Source: Zancudomyces culisetae HAW-14-8 (taxonomy: Eukaryota; Fungi; Kickxellomycota). Taken from it: a stretch of 64,000 nucleotides of DNA. The notes under the pieces are model-generated. The model did not search any database. It worked only from the letters and a program-made list of their open reading frames with translations, and was not told where the DNA came from. This document shows, in pieces, positions 8,929-20,956 of the stretch. How positions within the stretch are numbered: the first letter of the stretch is position 1; each line of letters begins with the position of its first letter. Both the position numbers and the translations under genes were made by a program. Where the stretch lies: assembly GCA_052426225.1 (NCBI GenBank), contig JBNJNM010000009.1, positions 248,001-312,000 on the forward strand, in the 5' to 3' direction.

Positions 8929-10751
8929 TTTTAGAAAATATTTTATTTGTATTATATTGGAAACTGTATTGCTACTGGATTTGAGTGAACGAAAGGAAAT
9001 AATCAGGCCTTTATATAGATTAGTTTTTTTACTGCTTGCTCTTTTTTCTTCGAAATTCATAGAATCTTGTAGATGTTTTCTAGCCATTTTGAAACCGAAT
9101 ATGACCAATAGTTGAAAGAAAAAACATTCAAGCCCCTTAACAAATTTGGCATGATGTTAATGGCCGAGTATGAGCAAAATCATCGCAATAAAATTATTAA
9201 AACGACCTACTGACTAAATAAACAAAAAAATATATATATATCAAAACGTGTTTTATTAGGAATTTAATGGACTGCTGAACCACATTTTTCCTCTTCAAAT
9301 TACATCACTTTTCAGTTTTGATTAATAATACAAACTCAGCAAAATATAAAAACGATTATTGGACAATAATGATACATTTACTGATATTTCAACAGGATTT
9401 ACATTACTAATGCAAAGATGAATAAACTTCATCCGCAGTAAATCAAGTTAAAAAAAGGAAGCTAAAAGTGGTGGGTAGCAACAAGGTAGAATGCATAAAT
9501 GACAAAAAAAAAATAAGATCCCTAGGAGATAGAACTTTGTTGTTTAGGGGCTTTAGTAGTGCAGAAACTCTACAACAAATACTGTCCAAGGTGAAATATT
9601 ACTACTGTGTACGTATCTCAATATGGCCTGCTCTGCACAGCTGATATAGCTAAAAAAAAATGGATTGAGGTATGAAACTGACACGAGCGGTTCAGCATGA
9701 TTGTGGCTAAATAGGAGAAGTCGTTTGGAGCTCAGAATATAGCATTGTATATATATCTCAAATAATTGTTATAGATACGAATTCATAGTTTATCTATAAC
9801 ATTTAGGAGAAAATAATCTTAATAATAGAAGGTTATGTATTTTTCTCCTAGATTTTTGGTTTTTTCCAACAGCTGAATAAAGGGCAATTTCAGGCTTAAA
9901 CATAAAATACATAAGTTTCATTTAGCTAACTTGTTTACATAATGCCTTAAAGTTAACCTTTTTCTTTGTCGAATGACTTGTTGCATTGCGCAGCTATTCT
10001 AAAGATCAAAAACCAAAACCAAGACTAGAGTTCACGCTGAAGGGCTCAAGCAATGCGTAAAGATCTCTGTAACATGTATACCCAACCTAAACATAATTGG
10101 ATTAGCATGAATTTTCTAAGGGTATTATAATTTTTGAAATAAAAGTTCGAGTAAATACAAAATTATCTGTTAAAAAGTAGCAAAAAAAAAAAGGACTAAG
10201 CAACAAGTGACAGCATAGTTATCAATTTATTGTAACATAGCTTCGAACTCTACAGCTTGCACTCACCCTCGCCAAAGTGTCGCAAATAAAATTCACATAG
10301 GTATATACACACATACACACATTGACATATACGCTCGCTCCTTCTCTCCTGTTCCCTTCATGCGTGTGTATAAATTTTGTAGACAAAAGAAATCTTTTCT
10401 ATTAACACCTACTAACATTTTGATTTTTTCCCGTTTTCTCTTTCCAAAATTCATATTGGCTTATTAGTACAAAAAAAATACAACATCCTGGTTATTGGTG
10501 GCAACCTTAATAGTGAGGACCTGCAAACCAAAAAGATAGAAGGATATAGTTTTAAAAGCGAGTAAGGAGAATGAAATCTTGAATAAGAGAATATACACAA
10601 TTATAAAAAGATAAACTAATAAAGTAATGAGAAAACACAAGAAAATATCATTTTCATCAACGTGGGGGAATTACAATCTCTGGATCTAGCCAAGTAAATA
10701 GCACCTTTTTGGGTTATAAATGGACGCCGCTAACGGATATATTCTAAAGTA

Positions 10752-11852
10752 TTAGTACATTCTAGAGGATTCGAGTAAAGACCTATTCGCACCAGTATCT
10801 AGCATTGGCATTTGCTTGTTGATACAATAGCCATCATAAGCATCTGGAGAAATAAAGAAGGCACTATCATCTCTGAAAATTCCATGCGGACCTCGGCTTT
10901 TGAGAGTGATGTTATGTGTCGTATTCATTTTATTTATAGGGGTAGATATTTTGACACTCTGATGAGTTACAGCCCAACTTGGAAGGTTGAGATTCTTTGG
11001 TTTGTCTTGATACGAAAAAATCGGAACACCAGGCTTTCCCAGAAAGTTTGGAACGAGTTTTTCCTTCGGTTCAGGCTCACCAGTGGTTGACTTCAATTTA
11101 AGTTTTGGCTTGGTTGCAATCTTTTGTGCTTCTTCTATTTTTTTAATCAGGTTTGCCGAAAAATCGTCTTCATCTTCATCTTCCTCTTCCAGTTCAGTTT
11201 TTAAGACCAACTCGCTCAAATCAAGCTTTGGTAGCTCGACTGGCTTTGGTTTAGACTTTTCACACTCAAACTGGACGTTCAAATAAAACCCGGACTGTTC
11301 GAAAACTTTTCTAGTTGCCTCGTTGTCGACTTTGTAGTATTCTTCGCTCAGCACGCTTATTGGACTTGCAATGGAGGCTGATTCTGTATCTTTGATTGTA
11401 TCACGAATTGAGCTATCCCTATCTGTTTCACTTCTATCTGAATCTTGGTCACCCGCTCCGTATTCTACCATATCAACCACATTTATCTTCAAGTTGGTGG
11501 CAGTGTTGCTTGTTACTGTACCAATACTGTCTTCGAGCTCCTTTTTTGTCGAAATGGTTTTTGGTAGCTGCGTGGAGCTTTTCTTCTTCAATATACCTTT
11601 GAACTTAAAACCAAACCCGTTCACTAACCCTTTTTTTTCGACTGAAGGGGACTCTAAAGGCCCGTCTTGTGGATAATTTTTTTGGTTTGTGTCCATAAAA
11701 GTAGCCTCGTCTTCAATAGCATGCGATGCTAGCCCACCATTCTCTACACGGGCAATTCCCTTTAAATTTGCTACTTTTATTTGTTTACTATTCGTTTCAA
11801 TGGTTTGTTCCTCGCCCTTTGCCCTGTTCTTTGGTGATTTCTTAAAAAACAT
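10752..11852 (-). CDS. Hypothetical protein, 366 aa, largely disordered (K/S/E-rich)
   Basis: Long ORF with AAAATG start and an acidic run EEEDEDEDD; no recognised domain. Confidence 0.7.
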   Translation of the reverse strand: MFFKKSPKNRAKGEEQTIETNSKQIKVANLKGIARVENGGLASHAIEDEATFMDTNQKNYPQDGPLESPSVEKKGLVNGFGFKFKGILKKKSSTQLPKTISTKKELEDSIGTVTSNTATNLKINVVDMVEYGAGDQDSDRSETDRDSSIRDTIKDTESASIASPISVLSEEYYKVDNEATRKVFEQSGFYLNVQFECEKSKPKPVELPKLDLSELVLKTELEEEDEDEDDFSANLIKKIEEAQKIATKPKLKLKSTTGEPEPKEKLVPNFLGKPGVPIFSYQDKPKNLNLPSWAVTHQSVKISTPINKMNTTHNITLKSRGPHGIFRDDSAFFISPDAYDGYCINKQMPMLDTGANRSLLESSRMY

Positions 11853-12054
11853 TTTAGCTTTTTATAGTTAACTTTTTACTCTATTCTTCCTTTATAAAAA
11901 ATTAATCTTTTTATTGATGTGAGGATTTATTTGGGCTTTCGAGTTTCTGTCAATGTATATTTTCAATGTACACTTTATAGTTCTTTCAGTTACTAGGAGA
12001 GTATGTTGTGTATATAAAAGCGATAGCGTGGCTTCTAAAAATCAGCTATGTATA

Positions 12055-12082
12055 AGTTGGTAGTTGGTAGTTGGTAGTTGGT
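12055..12082 (+). repeat. Tandem heptamer (AGTTGGT)x4
   Basis: Four exact copies, upstream of the 10752-11852 gene. Confidence 0.8.
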
Positions 12083-15000
12083 GTGGATTGGCAGCTATAT
12101 CGAAAATATAAAGATTGTGCTTCGGTATTTATGCTGCTGATAATATTCTAAATTTTCGAAATCAGGGGTGTTTACTTATATATATGGTTTGCTTTCACTA
12201 GTTCAAAATGGTGGTACAAATATTGAAAACCCCGATTAATGTTATTTGGAGTATTGATCCTATTCTACCAAGTCGTTAATATAGTCTATAACAATACTAA
12301 AGGTGAAACGTCGAATTATTACAGTTTTGCAATTAACTGTGCTTGTACGAGTTGTCCTTTTTATATGATTTCAAGCCTTGGTTACCAAAATAGTTTTGCA
12401 TGATGCTAATTAACATTTACTTGTTTATTTTTGTTTTTGATTTGTTTTTGTTTGATTTTGGCAGTGTTGAGTTTGATACTTTCCGCCTATTCCTTTTTAG
12501 ATAAATCCGAATTTACCATCATTTGTTTTTGTTTGCGTGTTCGTTTATTTTCTAGTTCAATCCATTTCCGTTTTTGTCCATGTTGTGTTCATGAATTTCT
12601 TTCTGTAAACACCTTTTTTTCAAATCAATTCGTATCAATAGGGTTCTAGTGCAATTTAAATTAGCAACCAGAAATATAAGCTCGTACATTTACTGCCCAA
12701 TTATTATTAATCATCGATGCTCTTTGTTGGAAAAATCACACAAATAAACGAAAACTTTTTTCATGTTTTCAATGGCAACTGTCTAGACTATGTAAATGGC
12801 ACTAATTCAAATTAGAATATATTAAATACTTATAAATGTTAAGTATACTGCATAATGGCTCCATTAGCTTTCCGATTTCCATTTTCACCTTCACGTTTTT
12901 AATTATTGCTCCATACTTCCAGAACCTTTTGTTCTTTAAAAGCTACATCGCTCCCTCTCCCCAAAAAAGAAGTCATTTTGAACCCTCTAGGGATAACGGT
13001 TTTTGCTTTTTTTTTCTTTTTTGGGCTAATACTCTCATAAAACCGGAAACTAGACTTTTTTCATTCGTTTGAGATATGAACAACAAGTGGTGGTTAGTGG
13101 AGCTTCTGGAGTGTGGGGTAAGCACTAACCATATCGCATCACCCGAAACCATTATTACGGTGCCCATTTCATTAACCGATTTTTTTAACGATAAGCAGCT
13201 TGTGTTGTTTGCTTACCGAGATTAATATTTTTGTTACATTTGCAATGTATAAACCTTTGAACTAGCCAAACTGATTAACAACACTTCAACGACACGCCCT
13301 GCTCTCTGCTTCACGAAGCAGCGAGTTAATGACACAGCTGTCTCTTAGTTAACAGGTTCGAATAAACAGGTTTGGCTATGGATTGTGTATTGCACATCAT
13401 AAAAACACCAACATCCTCGCCCACACATACCGCCAATTAGCTTAATTTTTATTTCGTACGACCTGCTCCTCCTATTGTATCACATTCCTGAATATTAAGA
13501 ACGAGAATGATAGAGCGAACAGCCACTACATGGTAATATGCCAAATGTAAACAAAAAGTGTAACATTATATCCCATATGACATGATATGAATATCTGTAT
13601 TGGCTCAAATAAAAATAAAAAAGATGTAAATTGAGCCTTATTACGATTTTATGTGCTAAAAGTTGATTTCAATGTTTGTACTAATTTTCCTTTTTTTTTC
13701 TTTTTTTCTTATTCGTTCTTTCATTAGCCTTGTTAATAATACAAACATTTAAAATCCACAAATATTACATGCTATTATAAAACCAAAACATCTCAATTAG
13801 GGAATGAACCGATGTACTAAATCAGAATCTAAAGTTATTAATTATACCATGATTCTTCTTTGACATGTATTATAGTATAGGGAAATTGAAATATAGAGTT
13901 TGATTTAGCTACAACGACAGAAACGTGCAATAATCAAGAGGCTCTTATTTTGTTTTGTTTTCACATGAATGTGTTTTATATCCAAGAAGAATACGTGCCA
14001 TATTTTCCACACATACAACATCTCTCAGTGAGTCTATTGCTGCTCACAAAAGAGCGATACCACTTTAAAATAGATTCTGCTAGTTACGCTCCTTTGTTTT
14101 GAAGGACTATTGTTTGGTTATCAAGAAAGCGGCATAGCAGTATAATTCTGTGTTGGTATATCTTTACAGTAAATATCGCTCGTTCATCTTTGCCATACAT
14201 TTCCCATTACATCAATTGTACCACTTGATATAAAATAAAAACACCGACATAGATAACACTATTTGGTTAAATCTAAATATCTAGAGAGAATTTAGTTGCA
14301 TCGCAAATTCAGCATATTTTGGGAATCAATAAAGCTTTGTTTTGATTTTTAATTTCAAAGCATCACAAACTTTACCAACTATTCTAAATATAATACAATA
14401 TATTAATGGAAAAACACACGTCCCAAGAAGCCTGTACACCACAATTATATAATGCCTTGGATATGTGTTTTTTTCAAACTCCTCTTAGGTCTTTTGTAGG
14501 GATAAGCTCACACTCTTGCGCTTAATTATCTTTTATTTATTTTTTTTATCCCCACCATAGACGAATAATTTGGGTCACGTCTTTATTGCAAATATAATGG
14601 CATAGCTCTATAAATGTTAAAATTGCTGAAGTCACAGATATTTCCATTTTGGCTTTCTTACTCATCCATAACTGGAAATTGTCTTTTTTAAAGATTCTCT
14701 GCATTCGCGTGTACTACACCACTTTTTCCCAGATGGAGCTGGCAATACTAAACTAAAAAACAACAAATGGCACATTTAATAACATTAGACAGGCAACTGA
14801 TTATCCATTAGAGAAAAACTCGCTGAAGTTGGCATTTTTTGAACAGGGTAGTACCTCGTTCTCGCCTTTTTAAGAGCTTGAGTATAATTAAAACAAACCT
14901 ATTTTCAACACTACAATGATTCTCTTAGACAAATTGGGAAATATATGGATAAATATTTCCCTATGAGCAAACGCAATTGTCAAACTGATAAGCCTAATTA

Positions 15001-16454
15001 ATAACTTTAAAGTGGAGTTGGTTACGTCTATTTTTAGAGTAGCATGTCTAATGTATAATCACAAATGGTTTTAGTCCTTGCCCTTCATTAATAAGTTTAG
15101 ATAATTATGCTTAATTGGAAATATAGTCGCTTGGTATGTAGGTTTGGGGAAGGAAAAGTATAGTATATGTATATACAAACATAGTCGTGTTCAATTAAAA
15201 GAGACCAGAGTTGAAAATGCAACTGGAGTTAAAAGTAGAATTGAAATAGAGTGTTGGAATTGTAATTGGAATTGTAATTTTAAAGTGCTACTCTACATAA
15301 TAAGCTGATATTTATGAAAAGTATAATACTGTAAATACTGCACCCGAGAAAAAAAAAATACCTTGGCTTGCCCCTTTTTTCTTTATTATGAGAAAGGTTA
15401 GCTGCTTGAATAAAATCAAGTCACCAAATGTTTTTAATATCATATAACGTACCATTAAAATTCACAGCATATACTCTATAGTGAATATCACTCAATCTGA
15501 AATATATCATATAATATACTGAATAGCATGTTCAAGGTTGGGATTTTTTAAACACAAGTAAAAGTAAACAACAGACATGGGTTACTGGGTAAGGTAGTGG
15601 CCAATATAAATGTATTCACTACTAGTTTCACTCACACCAATTCGATTAAGACAAGTCATACCTCGCAAGAATACAAATTTTTAAGCTCAGTTCGACTGTT
15701 TTTTGAAATTGAAATAGCTGTAAAGACGTAGATCCTTCTTTAAAATATTCCAAATAGTAAGGTATAAACATTATAAATAGACGCAAGAGATGAAGAGATA
15801 TATAGTTTGGGTAATCCTGAGCCAAAGACTATTTGCTTGTACATGAATAAATGGAAGAAATATCTATCAACTATCTTCTCCCTCCTCCCTCCTCAATAAA
15901 GACGTGTTGGACCTTGAGATGTAATGCTTACTGCTAAAGTAACCTTTTCTTACTATACACATCTTTATTCATCTTTTATAAGAGCGCACTTAACTCACTT
16001 AAAAGTGGCTACTTTTAACTCTGTTGTGCGAGATGTTCAGTTTGAAAATGGTATAAATACCACCCGATGCAAAGCTGACAAATATGTTATTTTGACCTTT
16101 ATATACACTGATATTTATTAAAAAAAGCAGTGGTGTTAATGTGTAAATGCAATATTGGATAATCAGGCACAAGTTTATAGTTGTCTAAACCACTTGAAAA
16201 AGTACATGCAAAATGTAAGCCCACGGCACCTAAAGCAAACTGGGTTTAAAGTTCACTTTTTCACTCATTTCACACAATCGATGACAAATTGAGAAATAAA
16301 TCATTCTTTTTGACCCCTTTCAGCAAATTAAAATGCTTCTAATTTATATAAAGCAAAGTGAAAATTGAAGCAAAGATTTAAAACAAGTTAAAAACGAATA
16401 AATAAAAAATTAAAGTGAAGAATAACATAGGTTGAAAACAAAACAGGTCAAAAG

Positions 16455-19166
16455 ATGGGAAAGGGTAAAGCGAAAAAAAACAAGCAAGGGGGTGGAGGTG
16501 TGAATAAGATGGATGAAAACGAACGAACAGTTGAGCACGAAAATGTTCCTGTGTGTGTTGATGCAAGCGAACCTAAGGATCCAAATGCTGATAAATTGAC
16601 AGAGGTTGAAGCAGGAGAAAAAGAAAATAAAGAGGAAAAAAACATCAATGAGACAACTGTAAAGGATAAACAGGACGCAACAGACTCTTTGGATAAACAG
16701 GTAGAGCAAGTGGACACGGTGGACACGGTGGAGGAGCCAAAACAGACGGACGCCGTGCATGGTGAAAATGACACCGATGGAAAATCGAACAAGGAAGAAA
16801 ATGGTGAAAAGCAAGACGGGGCTGAAATCGAAACCGAGCTAAAAAAAGATCAAGTGATGGAGAAAAGTGGACTGGTGGAAGTTCCGCCAGAAAATTCAAA
16901 GAAATCCAGTGACTCGATTTCTAGAAGTCCAGATATGAAGGTGGCAGAAAAGCAGGAGAGGGGATTGAGAGACTTTAAGGTGGGGGATCTGGTAACTGAG
17001 GAGCTTTTGAATAAGATGAGTAGATTAGACAGACAAGAAAAGCGAATAGCAGACATAATCAGGGCCTATAAACAACTGAATCAAATGAAAAAAGCAGTGG
17101 AGGAAATTTTGAGGGCAGAGACTCATGTTGAATCGCTTGGCGATGTTGAAGGACTCAGCCAGCATTTTAAGAATATGAACATGATAGTCTCGCTAGGCAG
17201 AGAGGAGATAGGAAGACTGAGCGAAGAAATAAAAGCACTAAAGGAGACTGAAACAAAGACACAGAGTGCGATGGATAAACTGAGGGAGGAGATTGACTCA
17301 AAAGAGAAGAAAAATAGCGATTTGGCGAAAACAAACCAAAAACTGGTGGAAGAGATTAAAAAACAGCAACAGGTGCAAATCGGGGAGGTTAAAGAGGCAA
17401 AATTGATGCAGCTTGCGAACGCTATACTTGATTCGGAGGACACAAAAAGCGACTCGAGTGAGGTAAGGATTAAGGCCGAGGAAGTAGAAATACAAAAAGT
17501 GTTTAGGGTACTACGAAAAAACAATTTGCTTAAGCGGGACGATTCAGAAGAACGAAAAAAGGTAGAAGGCGAGCTGGCTGAGGAAATTAGTAAACTCAAA
17601 GCAGAAGTAACCGCCCAAAAGGAGACCAACAACAAGCTTAGCGCTACCAATGTTAAACTAGCCACAACAATCAAAGAATCTACAGCCAGAAGGCTTGATA
17701 TAGAAAAGCGGATAGATGTGCATCAGAACGAACTCAAGGAGAAAAACAACGAGACTAAAAAGTTGCAACAAGGGATTGAGGAACACAAAAAAGTAAATAG
17801 TAGTTTGAAAAGGGAGGCTCAAGAAGCGGTGCTCAAGCTGCAGGAAAAGGATAAAGCTATAGAGATTAATAGGAAGAGTATAGAGGAGAAGGAGAAGGAG
17901 CTCAAAAGAATGAGTGAGCTGAAGATGGAGATAGAAAAAAAGGTTCAAAAGATGGAGGAGGAGTCTAAGCAGGAAAACGAGCTGGCAAAGGAGTATGGAC
18001 AAAAAATCAAATCGCTCCAAGCAGACTTGCAGCAGTCTAGAAAGTTTTTTTCAGAAAAAAGCGTGGCATATACTGAATTGAGTAAAAAACACAACGAACT
18101 GAAATATTCGTATGAGATTTTGGAAAATACGAAGAAAGTGTCAGAAAAAAACCAACAGGAAATTATAGAAAATCTACAGCAGGAAATAGGTAGTTTGGCG
18201 AAAAGTAGCGAATTGCAAGTTGCAGAGCTAAACAAAACAATCACAGGTCTTCAAGAAACTATCAATAACTTAACAGAGAATTTACCGAAACAGGACGAAA
18301 TTGACCAAATGAAGGAAGAAATCGCCAATAACAAGATGCTTGTCGAGTCTCTGCAAACCACAAACAAAAAGTTGGAAGAGAAAAGCTTTGAGTATATCAA
18401 CCAACTGAGCAAAGCTGAACTGTTGGCCGAAGAAAACAGAGATTTAAAATCGAGTCTAGAGCTGGTAAAGTCCAACAATGAAAGCCTACTTTCTAGACAT
18501 AAAAAGACAATAAATGACCTAAGAGATGAAATTCGAAGGCTCCAACGAGAGATCTTGGTAGTAAAGACAGAGAATCAAAATATTCTCAGTTCTGTCTCGC
18601 CCATTGTTGGCGCCACGCCTACAGGTAATGCCCTTTCCTCCCCCACAGTGGGCCAAAGTTTGGCTACTCCCTTACATCGTGGGTTCGGACCAGATGCCCC
18701 AGCGTCACACACGCCTTTCCGCTCTTCCTCAATGACAAACTCGAAGTTTTCTCTATTTTCACCTGTCGGTTCCATCAACGCACGCTTGGGATATTTCCCC
18801 ACTCAACAATCGCAACATTCTGCATCGTCTGGTAAAGGCCGAACCGGAACTACCAATACCAACGGAATTGGTACAGCATCCACACCTGGATCTGTGAGCG
18901 ATTCGGTGCCTACATTCTCTCCCGACTCTAATTTTTCTCTCTCCTCACCCGCCGAAAACAGTCAGCGAGTAGAGAAAAGAGGTTCAGCCTTGTCTACTGG
19001 TAGTGGCTCTAGCCAAAACGATGTTGTAAACATTGATTACCTGCGAAATGTTCTATTCAAGTTTTTCAAAGATCGCGATAGAAGAAGCCAGTTGATTCCT
19101 GTGTTGAGCACACTGTTGAACTGTTCGGCGGAGGAAATTAAAAAACTGCAAAATATGATTCTCTGA
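16455..19166 (+). CDS. IMH1: Golgin with C-terminal GRIP domain (Imh1-like), 903 aa
   Basis: Long heptad coiled coil and a C-terminal GRIP motif NIDYLRNVLFKFF..RSQLIPVLSTLLNCSAEE with the conserved Arl1-binding Tyr. Confidence 0.85.
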   Translation: MGKGKAKKNKQGGGGVNKMDENERTVEHENVPVCVDASEPKDPNADKLTEVEAGEKENKEEKNINETTVKDKQDATDSLDKQVEQVDTVDTVEEPKQTDAVHGENDTDGKSNKEENGEKQDGAEIETELKKDQVMEKSGLVEVPPENSKKSSDSISRSPDMKVAEKQERGLRDFKVGDLVTEELLNKMSRLDRQEKRIADIIRAYKQLNQMKKAVEEILRAETHVESLGDVEGLSQHFKNMNMIVSLGREEIGRLSEEIKALKETETKTQSAMDKLREEIDSKEKKNSDLAKTNQKLVEEIKKQQQVQIGEVKEAKLMQLANAILDSEDTKSDSSEVRIKAEEVEIQKVFRVLRKNNLLKRDDSEERKKVEGELAEEISKLKAEVTAQKETNNKLSATNVKLATTIKESTARRLDIEKRIDVHQNELKEKNNETKKLQQGIEEHKKVNSSLKREAQEAVLKLQEKDKAIEINRKSIEEKEKELKRMSELKMEIEKKVQKMEEESKQENELAKEYGQKIKSLQADLQQSRKFFSEKSVAYTELSKKHNELKYSYEILENTKKVSEKNQQEIIENLQQEIGSLAKSSELQVAELNKTITGLQETINNLTENLPKQDEIDQMKEEIANNKMLVESLQTTNKKLEEKSFEYINQLSKAELLAEENRDLKSSLELVKSNNESLLSRHKKTINDLRDEIRRLQREILVVKTENQNILSSVSPIVGATPTGNALSSPTVGQSLATPLHRGFGPDAPASHTPFRSSSMTNSKFSLFSPVGSINARLGYFPTQQSQHSASSGKGRTGTTNTNGIGTASTPGSVSDSVPTFSPDSNFSLSSPAENSQRVEKRGSALSTGSGSSQNDVVNIDYLRNVLFKFFKDRDRRSQLIPVLSTLLNCSAEEIKKLQNMIL

Positions 19167-20956
19167 GCTCCCTACCCTGCGTCTTGATCATTATTTAAAG
19201 TAATGTATTTTTATTCTTTTTTACTTTTAAACTGTCGTTTTAGAGTGTTGTATTATCATCACTAGCAGTTTGCAATTTTTAGATATATATTAGCTCCCTT
19301 TTAGAATAAAACATAAACGAAACAGAAATTATTTATTGGATTGTTAACCTGAGTAATACTGATTATATAAAGATCCGCAAATAGTTGTGTCTACGTTGGA
19401 TTATATGAGATTCAACCTCAAACAAAGAACCTGTATAAAGAAAAATACAATTCATGTTGAGGCTGCTGTTGAAAAATAGTGTGGAATTTTTGGGTTTGTG
19501 GTTGATTTCAAGTTGGAAAAGGCGACTTTGCCACTTCAAAGGAACTCACGGTTTGTATTAAACAAATACTTTCTCTTCTAAAATAATCAATCATCTAAGA
19601 ATAGAATGATTGAATTGATGGATAAGTATAATACAGATATCATCAACCATTTTTATCTATCAGCAGAGCTTGAACTCGCATTAAATATAAAATAATTTTT
19701 GACGTTTGTTTTGTCACAGGCTCAGGAAGTTGACACTATAAAAAAAGAGTATTAAAAGCGCTTATTTACAGTATACAAATTATATCAGCAAGAGGTTGGT
19801 GGGTAAATCTACACCTTGAATCTAGCACATCTGGATTACAGGTTCTTTGGGCGTGTAGTTATTGCATTTACTTTTATTTTTATTTTTATGCTTATTTTTA
19901 TTTTTGCATTGAGTACTACTCATCCTTCAATAAACTGATTAATTTTCATGGTTTTTCTTGCCGTTAAAAGTTGGCTTCATATTTGGTTTGCCTTCGTTTA
20001 GTGAAATATAATTGCGAGTATTCATTCAATCATGAACATGCCGATGATGCTAACTGGCAGGAATTCCATAATTTTTTAGTTGCTTTTCTCCAAATTGCTG
20101 TATATTTGCGATTAGTTTTAATCAGATTATTATTGGTGTGCTATTAAAAGAGTAATATTGGCTATATGATATTCAAATCAATAACCTGCTTAAACGAGTA
20201 TTGACCAAAACACAAGAGACACAAATAACACAAAACTAATTTTAATTAGATTAATTGGTCATTATCCTCAATTTGGCTATATGAGTAATTTTTAACTTTT
20301 ATTTTGTATAGATAGTAAAGTTACATGTATCAGAGTGCCTCATCACGTCTGAGAAAATAAACCACCAACTGCTTATTTAATATTTCTTGGAGCACGCTAA
20401 TTCTCACGGAATAGTACCTGGTGTAACTATTTTTAAAGCAAACCATCAAAGACATTATCCATTCAGTTGCTATGTTTAGTAATTTAAAGAGCTTGAGTTC
20501 TGCTGAGAAAAGGATGTAATTTATTTTTAGGTAAACTAGCACATGTTATTACATTATCAGCGAAGAGTTTACTCTGCTGGACTCAAATCCTGTAAAACCC
20601 GAATTACATAAACCCCAGAGTATTAAATAGGATGTACTACATCCCAAATATTTTTGAATTCTTTTTTTAAAGCAAGAAACTAGATTGGCTTTCATACCCT
20701 CATCATTTAGCTTTTATTTACAGACAGTTTCTATAATTTGCTTTTCTGATGCAAAACACAAACAGTTTTCAATTAATTAAAGAGCGCACTATAAAAGAAC
20801 AAGCGAGGGAGTATGCAAACTTAACTTTCCAAACATCAAAAATAATGAGTTTGAAATAAAAATAATAGTATATAAACACAGGGTTGGGTAGTACATTGGT
20901 CGTTATTATCTCTTAACAACAAATAAATTGTAACTTTTATCTTTTCTTTGGTTTAT

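Noticed and set aside
8929-9108. 60-aa N-terminal extension of GST 2 in the ORF track
   Set aside because: Non-ATG start, spans the TATA box, and is absent from the paralog.
10765-10815. MLDTGANRSLL resembling a retroviral aspartic-protease active site
   Set aside because: About a dozen residues from the stop, with no downstream flap or ILG motif and no in-frame continuation; likely coincidental.
11900-16400. 4.5-kb ORF-poor region as a hidden gene or TE relic
   Set aside because: Only short, compositionally biased ORFs; no terminal repeats or recognisable domains. Consistent with a divergent intergenic region.
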